Below are positions 9,905 through 19,497 of a stretch of DNA of 64,000 nt, piece after piece (the first letter of the stretch is position 1; every line of letters starts with the position of its first letter). The stretch comes from an uncultured Oscillospiraceae bacterium (GTDB lineage: Bacteria; Bacillota; Clostridia; Christensenellales; CAG-138): assembly GCA_964476505.1 (NCBI GenBank), contig CAYZAW010000005.1:1205-65204 (forward strand), in the 5' to 3' direction. Made by a program: the position numbers and the translations under genes. The notes below the pieces were generated by a model. The model did not search any database and was not told the origin of the DNA. It worked only from the letters and a program-made list of their open reading frames with translations.

Positions 9905-10975
9905 ATGAAGAAAGCCGCCATTGTACTGTCCAACGGGTCAGTATTTACCGGTTACCGCATTGGCGCGGATTGTGCCGCCGCCGGGGAATTGGTGTTCACC
10001 ACCGGCATGTGCGGCTATATTGAAACCTTGAGCGACCCCAGCTTTTACGGACAGATCGTATTGCAAACCTTCCCGCTCATCGGTAATTACGGGATGATCC
10101 CGGCGGATATGGAAAGCCCCAATAGCGTTGTTTCCGGGTATGTGGTCCGCGAGTTATGCGGCCAGCCGTCCAATTTTCGCTCAAGCGAAACATTGGACGT
10201 TTTTTTGAAGAAAGCGGGCGTGCCCGGCATCTGCGGTGTGGATACCCGCGCCATTACCCGCATCATACGTGAATACGGCGTTATGAACGCCGCCATTGTA
10301 GACGACGCTTCGCAGGCGGACTTGGAGCACCTAAAAGCAATTCAAGTAAAAAACGCCGTAGCTTCCGTCAGCTGCAAGCAGGCGTACCATTCCCCCGCAA
10401 CAGGGGAGGCGCGCTTTACCGTTGCGCTGTTGGACTTTGGCGCAAAAGCAAATATCGTGCGGGAATTAAACCGCCGCGGCTGCAATGTGCATGTGCTGCC
10501 ATACGATACAACGGCAGAAGAAGTACTGTCTCTTAAGCCGGACGGGCTGATGCTTAGCAACGGTCCCGGCGACCCGGCGGAAAACACGCAGGTCATTCAG
10601 GAGATCAAAAAGCTGTTAGGAAAAGTGCCGATGTTTGGCATCTGCTTAGGGCACCAGCTGTTGGCGCTTGCCAACGGCGCTTCCACCTACAAATTGAAAT
10701 ACGGCCACCGGGGCGCTAACCAGCCGGTAAAGGATCTAACAACAGGTCGGGTATACATCACCAGCCAGAACCACGGCTATGCGGTGGACGGCAGCACGCT
10801 TGCCGCCTCGGGCGGGCAGGTGCGCTTTATAAACGCCAACGATCATACCTGCGAGGGGATCGACTATCCCGCGATCCACGCGTTTTCCGTACAGTATCAC
10901 CCGGAAGCTTGCGCGGGGCCCTTGGACTCCGCTTATCTGTTCGACCGCTTTATCAGCATGATGGAGGTGCGGTAA
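9905..10975 (+). CDS. carA: Carbamoyl-phosphate synthase small (glutamine amidotransferase) subunit
   Basis: 356 aa. GATase triad region GICLGHQLL and ...HPE; N-terminal CPSase small-chain domain. It is directly followed by carB. Confidence 0.95.
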   Translation: MKKAAIVLSNGSVFTGYRIGADCAAAGELVFTTGMCGYIETLSDPSFYGQIVLQTFPLIGNYGMIPADMESPNSVVSGYVVRELCGQPSNFRSSETLDVFLKKAGVPGICGVDTRAITRIIREYGVMNAAIVDDASQADLEHLKAIQVKNAVASVSCKQAYHSPATGEARFTVALLDFGAKANIVRELNRRGCNVHVLPYDTTAEEVLSLKPDGLMLSNGPGDPAENTQVIQEIKKLLGKVPMFGICLGHQLLALANGASTYKLKYGHRGANQPVKDLTTGRVYITSQNHGYAVDGSTLAASGGQVRFINANDHTCEGIDYPAIHAFSVQYHPEACAGPLDSAYLFDRFISMMEVR

Positions 10976-10976
10976 C

Positions 10977-13900
10977 ATGCCTTTAGACGAACGTATCAAA
11001 AAAGTATTGATGATAGGCTCCGGTCCCATCGTGATAGGCCAGGCCGCCGAGTTCGATTATGCGGGCGCACAGGCCTGCCGGGTGTTGAAGGATGCGGGCG
11101 TAAACGTGGTGCTGGTAAACTCCAACCCCGCCACCATCATGACGGACAAATCCCTAGCAGATGAGATCTATTTAGAACCTTTAACGGAGCATACCATCCG
11201 CCGCATCATCGAAAAGGAGCGGCCAGACAGCATACTGGCCTCCCTTGGCGGGCAAACGGGGCTCACCATCGCCATGCAGCTTTCCAAGAGCGGATATTTA
11301 GAGAAAATGGGCGTGCGGCTTTTGGGTACCGATGCCGCGGCCATAGATGCTGCCGAAGACAGGCAGCTTTTTAAAGACACTATGGAGCGCATCGGTCAGC
11401 CGGTGATTCCCTCCGCCATTGCAAACGATGTTGTGCACGCTAAGGAGATCGCAAAGGAAATCGGTTACCCGGTGATCATCCGCCCGGCGTTTACCCTTGG
11501 CGGTGCGGGCGGCGGCGTAGCCTATGATGAAGCGGCGCTTGTGAATATCGCACAAAACGGCTTGGATATGTCTCCCATCACGCAGGTACTGGTGGAGCGT
11601 TATATTTTCGGCTGGAAAGAGATCGAATTTGAAGTGATGCGGGATGCGGCGGATAACGTGATCGCCGTGTGCAGCATGGAGAATTTCGACCCTGTTGGCG
11701 TACACACGGGAGACAGCATCGTCATTGCACCTGCGGTAACGCTATCCGATAAAGAATATCAAATGCTTCGAAGCGCGTCGTTGTCCATCATTTCCGCGCT
11801 GGGCATCCAAGGCGGCTGCAACTGCCAGTTCGCCTTGAACCCCGATAGCTTTGAATACGCGGTGATCGAGGTAAACCCCCGCGTTTCCCGCTCCTCCGCG
11901 CTTGCCAGCAAGGCCACCGGCTACCCCATTGCCAAGGTGACCACAAAAATTGCGCTTGGCTACACGCTGGACGAAATAGAAAACGCCGTTACAGGCAAAA
12001 CCTGCGCCTGCTTTGAGCCTACGCTGGATTACGTGGTGGTAAAGCTGCCCCGCTGGCCCTTTGATAAATTCGTACACGCTTCCCGTGCGCTTGGCACGCA
12101 GATGAAGGCCACCGGCGAGGTGATGGCGATTGCCCCGTCCTTTGAGATGGCTCTGTTAAAGGCCGTGCGCGGTGCGGAAATATCGCTGGACACCCTGAAT
12201 CTAAAAGCCCTTGCCGGCTGCGATTACCGGGAAAAGCTGAAGCAGGCAGACGATTTGCGCCTGTTTACGCTGTTTTATGCCCTCAAGCAGGGCGCAACAG
12301 TAGACGAATTGTTCCAACAAACGCGTATCGACCGTTGGTTCTTATATAAATTAGCACATTTGGCGCAATATGAAACCGCCATAACAAATCGTGTGCTGAC
12401 CGAAGAGCAGTATGCAGAGGGCAAGCGCTTAGGCTACACGGATAAGGCTTTGGAGCGTATCAGTAACAATCCCCTTCCCCTCCACCGCGCACCTGTATAC
12501 AAAATGGTGGATACCTGCGGCGCGGAGTTTGCCGCCCAAACGCCCTATTTTTACGCCACCTATGACGACGAGTGCGAGTCTCGCCCCATCGACCGCAGCA
12601 AGAAGGAGCGCATCATCGTGCTGGGCTCGGGGCCTATTCGCATAGGCCAAGGCATTGAGTTCGACTATTCCTCCGTGCATTGCGCCCGCACCCTGCAGGA
12701 GCTGGGCTACGATGTGATTATCGTAAACAACAACCCGGAAACCGTTTCCACGGACTTTGACACCTCCAACCGCCTGTACTTTGAGCCGCTCTGTGAGGAG
12801 GACGTAAAAAGCATCGTTGCCATAGAGCAGCCCATCGGCGTGGTGGTGGCGTTTGGCGGGCAAACCGCCATAAAGCTCACGAAATCGCTCCATGAAGCGG
12901 GCATTCAAATTTTAGGCACCTCGGCGGAAAGCATCGATATGGCGGAGGATCGGGAACGGTTCGACGCGTTACTGGAAAAATTTCACATCCGCCGCCCCAA
13001 GGGCATGGGCGTGGTCACCAAGGAGGAAGCCATCCATGCGGCAAATACGCTGGGTTTCCCCGTGCTGGTACGGCCTTCCTACGTGATTGGCGGGCAGAAC
13101 ATGACCATTGCCTATACGCCGGAGGATGTTGCGCAGTATATGGACTTGATACTGGCGCAAAACATCGAAAACCCCGTGCTGGTGGATCAATACCTGATGG
13201 GCATGGAGCTGGAGGTAGACGTGATTTCCGACGGCGTAGACGTGCTGATTCCCGGCATTATGGAGCATATCGAGCGGGCGGGCGTGCACTCCGGAGACTC
13301 CATTGCCATGTATCCGCCGCAAAACATTACAGATGCCATGCACGACATCATTGTGGACTGCTCCACCAAGCTGGCGCTTGCCATGGGCACCAAGGGGCTC
13401 ATCAATATTCAATACTTGGTGTATGAGGATGAACTGTATGTGATCGAAGTAAACCCGCGAGCGTCCCGCACCATCCCCTATATCAGCAAGGTAACGGGCG
13501 TGCCTATGGTGGCATTGGCAACCAAGATCATGGTAGGCGCAAAGCTGCGGGAGCTGGGCTACGGCACGGGCTTATACCGCACACCGCCGTATATCGCGGT
13601 GAAGGTGCCCGTATTTTCCTTCGAAAAGCTTTCTGACGCAAACTCAGAATTAGGGCCGGAAATGAAATCCACCGGCGAGGTATTGGGCGTTGGTAAAACC
13701 CGGGAGGAAGCCCTGTTCAAAGGACTGCTGGCGGCGGGCTACCGCCTGCCCCGTTCGGTTTACGAGCGCAAGGGCGGGGTGCTTATCAGCGTAACCAAAA
13801 AAAGCAGGTTGGAGATCATCCGCTTGGCAAAAAAGCTGAACGATCTTGGCCTTACGATCTACGCCACCCCCGGCACGGCGGACTCCATTTCCCAGCTTGG

Positions 13901-15014
13901 CATCGACGTGCGCCGGGTAAACCGGCTGTCGGAAGACAATAGCATATTCGACGTACTGGAGTCGGGTGCGATCAACTACATCGTGTTTACCGGCGCTTCC
14001 AAAAAAAGCACCATACAGGACTACACCCGCCTGCACCGCCGCGCCTTACAGCTTGGCGTTGCCTGCTTTACCTCGCTGGATACGGCAAACGCGCTGGCCG
14101 ACATCATTCAAAGCGGCTTCAACGAGGGCAATACGGAGCTCATCGATATCTGCCATATGCGCAAGGAGCGCCAGCGTATTTCCTTCCGCAAAATGCAGGG
14201 CGCAGGCAACGACTGCATCGTGCTGGACAACCGAAACGGCTCCATCACCTGCCCGGAATCCCTTGCGATACTGTTTTGCAACCGGCATTCCGGTATCGGC
14301 TCCGAGGGCGTTGTGTTGATTGAGCGCTCGGACTGCGCCGATGCAAAAATGCGCATGTTCAATCAGGACGGCAGCGAGGGCGGCATGGGCGGCAACAGCA
14401 TCCGTTGCGTGGCGAAGTACCTGTTTGACAACGGCATTGTGGATGGCGACCACCTGACGGTGGAAACCAATAGCGGCATTAAGGAGCTGGACATCAAGCT
14501 GTACGACGGCAAGGTACGCTCGGTGCGGGTAAACATCGGCAAGCCCCGCTTTGCCCCGGCAAGCATCCCCACCACCCTTCCAGGAGAGCGTATACAAAAC
14601 TATCCCCTGACTGTTGCCGGGCAGGAATTCCATATCAACTGCGTATCCTTCGGAAACCCGCACTGCGTGGTGTTCTGCGAACGAATCGACACGCTGGACT
14701 TGGCGTATATCGGCCCGCAGTTTGAAAACGACCTCTCGCTGTTCCCGGAGCGCATCAATACGGAATTTGTGCGGGTGGTCAACCGCAAGACCCTTCGCAT
14801 GCGCGCATGGGAGCGCGGCAACGGCGAAACATGGGCCTGCGGCACGGGCGCTTGTGCTTCCGTTGTAGCGGCGGTGGAAAACGGCTTGTGCGACCGCGAT
14901 ACGGATATCACCGTAAAAATGGTTGGCGGGGATTTGACCGTCCGCTACACAAACGAGGCCGTGTATTTAACCGGCAATACCAGCCTGATATTCGAAGGGG
15001 TCATTGAGTATTAA
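10977..15014 (+). CDS. carB: Carbamoyl-phosphate synthase large subunit, fused in frame to a C-terminal diaminopimelate-epimerase-like (DapF) domain
   Basis: 1345 aa, versus about 1070 for typical CarB. Residues 1 to about 1065 contain two ATP-grasp halves and an MGS-like tail (...TSLDTANALADII). From about nt 14178 the sequence ISFRKMQGAGNDCIVLD ... GGNSIRC ... SFGNPHCVVF ... ERGNGETWACGTGACA is colinear with full-length DapF. No stop or frameshift occurs at the junction. Confidence 0.85.
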   Translation: MPLDERIKKVLMIGSGPIVIGQAAEFDYAGAQACRVLKDAGVNVVLVNSNPATIMTDKSLADEIYLEPLTEHTIRRIIEKERPDSILASLGGQTGLTIAMQLSKSGYLEKMGVRLLGTDAAAIDAAEDRQLFKDTMERIGQPVIPSAIANDVVHAKEIAKEIGYPVIIRPAFTLGGAGGGVAYDEAALVNIAQNGLDMSPITQVLVERYIFGWKEIEFEVMRDAADNVIAVCSMENFDPVGVHTGDSIVIAPAVTLSDKEYQMLRSASLSIISALGIQGGCNCQFALNPDSFEYAVIEVNPRVSRSSALASKATGYPIAKVTTKIALGYTLDEIENAVTGKTCACFEPTLDYVVVKLPRWPFDKFVHASRALGTQMKATGEVMAIAPSFEMALLKAVRGAEISLDTLNLKALAGCDYREKLKQADDLRLFTLFYALKQGATVDELFQQTRIDRWFLYKLAHLAQYETAITNRVLTEEQYAEGKRLGYTDKALERISNNPLPLHRAPVYKMVDTCGAEFAAQTPYFYATYDDECESRPIDRSKKERIIVLGSGPIRIGQGIEFDYSSVHCARTLQELGYDVIIVNNNPETVSTDFDTSNRLYFEPLCEEDVKSIVAIEQPIGVVVAFGGQTAIKLTKSLHEAGIQILGTSAESIDMAEDRERFDALLEKFHIRRPKGMGVVTKEEAIHAANTLGFPVLVRPSYVIGGQNMTIAYTPEDVAQYMDLILAQNIENPVLVDQYLMGMELEVDVISDGVDVLIPGIMEHIERAGVHSGDSIAMYPPQNITDAMHDIIVDCSTKLALAMGTKGLINIQYLVYEDELYVIEVNPRASRTIPYISKVTGVPMVALATKIMVGAKLRELGYGTGLYRTPPYIAVKVPVFSFEKLSDANSELGPEMKSTGEVLGVGKTREEALFKGLLAAGYRLPRSVYERKGGVLISVTKKSRLEIIRLAKKLNDLGLTIYATPGTADSISQLGIDVRRVNRLSEDNSIFDVLESGAINYIVFTGASKKSTIQDYTRLHRRALQLGVACFTSLDTANALADIIQSGFNEGNTELIDICHMRKERQRISFRKMQGAGNDCIVLDNRNGSITCPESLAILFCNRHSGIGSEGVVLIERSDCADAKMRMFNQDGSEGGMGGNSIRCVAKYLFDNGIVDGDHLTVETNSGIKELDIKLYDGKVRSVRVNIGKPRFAPASIPTTLPGERIQNYPLTVAGQEFHINCVSFGNPHCVVFCERIDTLDLAYIGPQFENDLSLFPERINTEFVRVVNRKTLRMRAWERGNGETWACGTGACASVVAAVENGLCDRDTDITVKMVGGDLTVRYTNEAVYLTGNTSLIFEGVIEY

Positions 15015-15022
15015 AGGCGGTT

Positions 15023-15694
15023 CTAGAATTGCAGTTCATGGGCATGCGCGTTTAGCCATGCCCGTTTTTCTTTATAATCCGGTATCACAGTTTGTACGCT
15101 TGCCCAAAATTCACTTTGATGGTTGGGCGCTTTGATATGGCAAAGCTCATGCACCGCTACATAATCGATGATATCCGCAGGCGCCATAATGAGCCGCCAT
15201 GTAAGGTTGATGTTTCCGCTGCGGCTGCAGGAGCCCCAGCGGCCATCGGCGGAGGACAGCTTAACGCTGCGGTAGGTAACGCCGCATAGCGGCGCGTACA
15301 GGTTCAGCCGTTCCGTAAAGAATTCCCGGGCAAGGGCTTTGTACCAGCGCTCCAGCATTGCCTTAACGCGTTCCGGCTCCGCCTGCGGTATCAGCAGCCG
15401 GTCTTCCTCCCAAAGCGGCTTTTTGATGCCGCCGCAGTATGTTAAATACAGCGGTTCTCCAAGCAGGAAAAACCGCTCCCCCTCAAGAAACCTGTGAGGC
15501 GGATAAACTTGGGCTTTTGTTTCCATTTCCGCTGATTTTTGCTTGATCCAAGCCGCTTTATCCATTACCACGGCATCAATATACGCCTTGGGGGTACGAA
15601 GCGGAGCGCGCACCTCCACGCCGCCGTCTGGCAGGATGCGGATGGCAATGGTTTTTCGGCGGCTTCGAATCAATGCATAACGTTGTAATTCCAT
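15023..15694 (-). CDS. YgjP-like M48-family metallopeptidase (DUF45)
   Basis: ORF 15023..15736; likely start is MELQRYALIRSRRKTIAIRI at 15694. It carries the HELCHIKAPNH zinc motif. Confidence 0.75.
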   Translation of the reverse strand: MELQRYALIRSRRKTIAIRILPDGGVEVRAPLRTPKAYIDAVVMDKAAWIKQKSAEMETKAQVYPPHRFLEGERFFLLGEPLYLTYCGGIKKPLWEEDRLLIPQAEPERVKAMLERWYKALAREFFTERLNLYAPLCGVTYRSVKLSSADGRWGSCSRSGNINLTWRLIMAPADIIDYVAVHELCHIKAPNHQSEFWASVQTVIPDYKEKRAWLNAHAHELQF

Positions 15695-15876
15695 AGTGGC
15701 AGTATAGCACGGATCGCAGGCGGTTTCTACGCGCATTCAACGTGTTTCGCCGCTACTTTCCTAATTTTTATCAAATCCGACTTCCATTTTTTGTAGACGC
15801 GGCGCTTGATTTATGCCATAATTTTGTGTGTATCAATATCATATCAAGGCAGCAATGCCGTCAAGGAGAACAACCA

Positions 15877-18282
15877 TTGAGATTGCTTGAGCCGCTTGCG
15901 CTATCCTGCATGAAGCAGTTTCAAACTGATTTTTATGAGCAGCGGAACGTTCAAAAGGTGATTCCGTTGCTGCATCCCGATGTTATCTGGGTATTCAGCA
16001 AAGACCTGACTCTGCACGGCAGCAATGATGTAGCGCGCTTTTTAGAAAGCCGCGCCGCAACCATGCAGGAGTCTTTTACGGTATACCAAACCGCATATAC
16101 CGCCACACAGCTTAGCGATACGGACTGCCAAATTTCCGGCAGCATGACGCTTGTCTACGCTGCCGCAGATTCCTCGGTGGTAACGCCCTTTTCTGTAAGC
16201 GCTCTGTTCCGGCAAACCGGCGATAGCATGCTTTTAGTTTACATGCATGTGTTTACACAAGAACCCCATACAGACGAAGCCCCATTGCAGGAGGCTTCTT
16301 TGCGTTCCGTTGTCAGCAAGCGGGCAGCGGACGTTCGCAAGCTGCGGCGCACTGCCCTGCTCTCTGACGAAGCGGAGTATCATGAAATACTGATGAACAT
16401 GCCCGGCGGGTTGTTCACCTATTCCGCCGAGGAAGACGCGCAGTTCGATTTTATCAATCAAGCCGTTCTGGATATTTTCGGATACACCGAGGAGGAATTC
16501 CGAAAGGTCTACAATAACAAGTTCGATAACATCATCCACCCGGAGGATCGGGACTGGGTGCTGGCCTCCATCAACGAACAAATTCAAGACAGCCCCTACG
16601 ACGAGGTGCGTTACCGCATCATCGACTCCTCCGGCTCCGTGCGGTATGTGCACGATGTAGGCCGCATCATTACAGACGCAAGCGGCAGACGCATGTTCTT
16701 TGTTGTGGTGATAGACATTACCCAGTATGTACTCTCCGAGCGGGCGCTGGCAACCAGCGAAAAGCGGATGCGCGCGATCGTGGAACAATCCAGCGACATC
16801 ATATTTGAGTACGACATCGAAACCGATCACGCCACATTCCACAGCGATTTTGAGCATATATTCGGTCGTATGCCCATCACGGATAACGTGAAAAAGCAGC
16901 TTGTGGCTTCCGACAGCATCGTTCACCCGGATGATATCCCCGCCATTGCCGCGTTTTTTACCAAGCTGCATTCCGGCGACCCCTATGTTGAAACGGAGCT
17001 GCGCATCCATACAGGCGACGGCGCATATCTGTGGTGCCGCGTATCCGCCTCCATCGTGTATGACGACTTTGGCCGTCCCTTTGTAGCCATGGGCAAGATC
17101 GCAGACATCGACAAGCAAAAACGCGAAACGGAAACACTGAAAACCAAAGCCAATACCGACCCCATGACGGGGCTGTACAACAAAACCGTTTCCGCCCAGA
17201 TGCTTTCCGAGTTTATTGCCGGAGAGGGCAAAAAGGGCTGCCACGCCATGTTCATGATAGACGTGGACGACTTTAAATCCGTTAACGACCATCACGGTCA
17301 CTTGTTTGGTGATTCCGTGTTGATCGCCGTGGCGGGCGTTCTTTCCAGAAGCTTCCGCTCCTCGGACATCGTTGGGCGCATCGGCGGAGACGAATTCATG
17401 GCGCTGCAAAAGTATGTAAGCTCCATGGCACAGTTGGAAAAGCGCGCAGAATCCATCCTGCACGCAGTTGGCGCTCTGTTTCCGGAGCTGGAGCAGCCCA
17501 TTCACTGCACCATCGGCATCGCGCTGTACCCCGAACACGGGCAGGATTTGCCCATGCTGTATCACAATGCGGATATCGCCCTGTATCACGCCAAAAACGA
17601 GGGCAAAGCCCGCTACTGTATCTATAACGCCGAGCTTGGCCGCGCCTTTACGGAAAACGATACCCCCATCCCCGTTCACGCGGAGATCGAAGTAGCGGAG
17701 AAAAACCCCGTTGGCAGGCAGTTGATTCAAAACGTGCTGCAAACGCTCATGGAGAAAAAGGATATCCAGCAGGCATTGCAAACCGTTACGGAGCTGTTGG
17801 GAACATATTTTCAGGTGAGCCGCTGTTACTTATATGAGCTCTGTGTTGACAGCGCAACATTAAGCAACCTGTATCAATGGTACGCGGCGGGCGTGGAAAT
17901 CAGCGATCACACCTTAGAAGGCTATACCATTGGAGATTTAAACAGCTACGCCGCCAATTTTGATGAGGACGGGTTCTTCTGCTGTCGCGACGTTCGCACG
18001 TTGCCCGAAAATTATGCCCGTTACAAGGAATCCCTTGGCATGCAATCCATGCTTCAATGCTTGATTCGCAATCACGAAAAGCTTTACGGCTTCCTTGGCT
18101 TTGACCAGCGCAGCGGCTCCCGGCTCTGGACGCAGGAGGATCTGATCGTGGTGCGGTATATTTGCGAAATTCTTGGGGTATTTATTCCCAAGCAGCAAAC
18201 GCCGGAGCAGCTGGATGCTGCCTCCGCGCAGCTGGAAGCCATGATGGCACACCTCAAGCATTTTTCAAAACCGCAGTCGTAA
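15877..18282 (+). CDS. Diguanylate cyclase with an NTF2-like N-terminal domain, two PAS domains, GGDEF and a C-terminal GAF
   Basis: ORF 15742..18282. The best start is TTG 15877, 8 nt after AAGGAG; ATG 15910 is the alternative. Motifs DPMTGLYNK...GRIGGDEFMAL are present, with a GAF-like C-terminus. Confidence 0.8.
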   Translation: MRLLEPLALSCMKQFQTDFYEQRNVQKVIPLLHPDVIWVFSKDLTLHGSNDVARFLESRAATMQESFTVYQTAYTATQLSDTDCQISGSMTLVYAAADSSVVTPFSVSALFRQTGDSMLLVYMHVFTQEPHTDEAPLQEASLRSVVSKRAADVRKLRRTALLSDEAEYHEILMNMPGGLFTYSAEEDAQFDFINQAVLDIFGYTEEEFRKVYNNKFDNIIHPEDRDWVLASINEQIQDSPYDEVRYRIIDSSGSVRYVHDVGRIITDASGRRMFFVVVIDITQYVLSERALATSEKRMRAIVEQSSDIIFEYDIETDHATFHSDFEHIFGRMPITDNVKKQLVASDSIVHPDDIPAIAAFFTKLHSGDPYVETELRIHTGDGAYLWCRVSASIVYDDFGRPFVAMGKIADIDKQKRETETLKTKANTDPMTGLYNKTVSAQMLSEFIAGEGKKGCHAMFMIDVDDFKSVNDHHGHLFGDSVLIAVAGVLSRSFRSSDIVGRIGGDEFMALQKYVSSMAQLEKRAESILHAVGALFPELEQPIHCTIGIALYPEHGQDLPMLYHNADIALYHAKNEGKARYCIYNAELGRAFTENDTPIPVHAEIEVAEKNPVGRQLIQNVLQTLMEKKDIQQALQTVTELLGTYFQVSRCYLYELCVDSATLSNLYQWYAAGVEISDHTLEGYTIGDLNSYAANFDEDGFFCCRDVRTLPENYARYKESLGMQSMLQCLIRNHEKLYGFLGFDQRSGSRLWTQEDLIVVRYICEILGVFIPKQQTPEQLDAASAQLEAMMAHLKHFSKPQS

Positions 18283-18306
18283 CGTCCAATTTTTCGTCTG
18301 TTTTAT

Positions 18307-18336
18307 CCGGCGCAAATCACCATGCGCCGGTTTTTT
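18307..18336 (+). terminator. Intrinsic terminator
   Basis: CCGGCGCA-N8-TGCGCCGG followed by TTTTTT, about 25 nt after the stop at 18282. Confidence 0.75.
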
Positions 18337-18445
18337 ATATGCGTTTTGTAACGGAAAACCTAGATTTCGTCTGCCTTTTAGAATCGGCAGTAACTTCGGT
18401 TCGCATATAACCCTAAAACACATATACTAATTTCTAAAATATACC

Positions 18446-18474
18446 TTGACAGGCGAGGTATCTTGTTGTATCAT
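18446..18474 (+). promoter_or_regulatory. Sigma-70/SigA-type promoter for the padR operon
   Basis: TTGACA (18446-18451), a 17-nt spacer, then TATCAT (18469-18474). Confidence 0.65.
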
Positions 18475-18495
18475 CTATCTCGAAAGTGAACGGAG

Positions 18496-18849
18496 GTGAC
18501 AACATTGTCCATTACATCGGACCTGATACGCGGTCATACGGAAACGATCATACTGGCAGCGCTGGATGCAAGCGACAGCTACGGTTACAAAATCAGCAAG
18601 GCCATACAGGAGATCTCCGAGAACCGATATGAATTAAAAGAAGCGACCCTGTATTCCGCATTTAGGCGGTTGGAGGAATCCGGCTGCATCAACTCCTACT
18701 GGGGAGATGAAAACATCGGGGCGCGCCGCAGGTATTACACCATCACCAGCCAAGGCCGCAGCGCCTTGGAAGCGAAAAAAACCGAGTGGGAAGACGCGAA
18801 AGACATTATTGATAAACTGATTTATACGGAGGGAACTTATCATGACTGA
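18496..18849 (+). CDS. PadR-family transcriptional regulator
   Basis: The winged-helix pattern ILAALDASDSYGYKISKAI...TLYSAFRRLEESG...RRRYYTIT is typical of PadR. The start is non-ATG (GTG 18496 or TTG 18505, after GGAGG). Confidence 0.85.
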   Translation: MTTLSITSDLIRGHTETIILAALDASDSYGYKISKAIQEISENRYELKEATLYSAFRRLEESGCINSYWGDENIGARRRYYTITSQGRSALEAKKTEWEDAKDIIDKLIYTEGTYHD

Positions 18850-19486
18850 TAAACTGCGCGCACATGTGAACCAGCTCTTTACCGACGCGCCTCAATCGCG
18901 GCGCACTGTGGAGTTGAAGGAAGAAATGATCCAGAATTTGACTGACCAGTACAACGACCTTATGGCAGAGGGCAAAAGCCCGGAAGCCGCTTACAACATT
19001 ACCGTTGCCGGTATTGGGGACGTAAGCGAGTTGATCTCCGGCTTAAACGGCGGAGACGACGTTGTACAGCGCGAGATCGTTTTAAAGCGGGAGCAGCAGC
19101 GTGCGCTTCGCACCGCCATCGCCATCGCTCTGTATGTGTTGTGCGTGATCCCCTGCATTCTCATCGGCAATACCGTTGGCGTTTGCCTGATGTTCGTGCT
19201 TGCTGCGATTGCCACCGGGCTCTTGGTTTATAACGGCATTGATCGGCGTTCCGTTCGCAAGGTCACCGGCGACAATGTGGTAGAAGATTTTAAAGCGTGG
19301 TCCGAGGAAAAGGGCGGCAGAAATCAGGCGCTGGACTCCATCCTCAAAGCTGTTTGGGCGCTGACCGTTGCGCTGTACATCATCGTCAGCTTTTTAACCG
19401 GCGCATGGCATATCACTTGGGTGATGTTCGTTCTGTGCGTTGCGGTAAACGCCATTATCCGTGCCTTCTTTGACCTCAAGAAATAA
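18842..19486 (+). CDS. PadR-associated membrane protein (DUF1700-like helical N-terminus plus TM helices)
   Basis: It overlaps the padR stop. The N-terminal LRAHVNQLF...ELKEEMIQNL...AEGKSPEAAY pattern and downstream hydrophobic helices fit the family, as does its conserved position between PadR and DUF4097 genes. Confidence 0.5.
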   Translation: MTDKLRAHVNQLFTDAPQSRRTVELKEEMIQNLTDQYNDLMAEGKSPEAAYNITVAGIGDVSELISGLNGGDDVVQREIVLKREQQRALRTAIAIALYVLCVIPCILIGNTVGVCLMFVLAAIATGLLVYNGIDRRSVRKVTGDNVVEDFKAWSEEKGGRNQALDSILKAVWALTVALYIIVSFLTGAWHITWVMFVLCVAVNAIIRAFFDLKK

Positions 19487-19497
19487 GGAGTTTAACT

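Noticed and set aside
16234-17781. A 515-aa minus-strand ORF
   Set aside because: It is antisense to the PAS-GGDEF-GAF gene. Its composition is Gly/Val/His-rich with no motif, so it is a shadow ORF.
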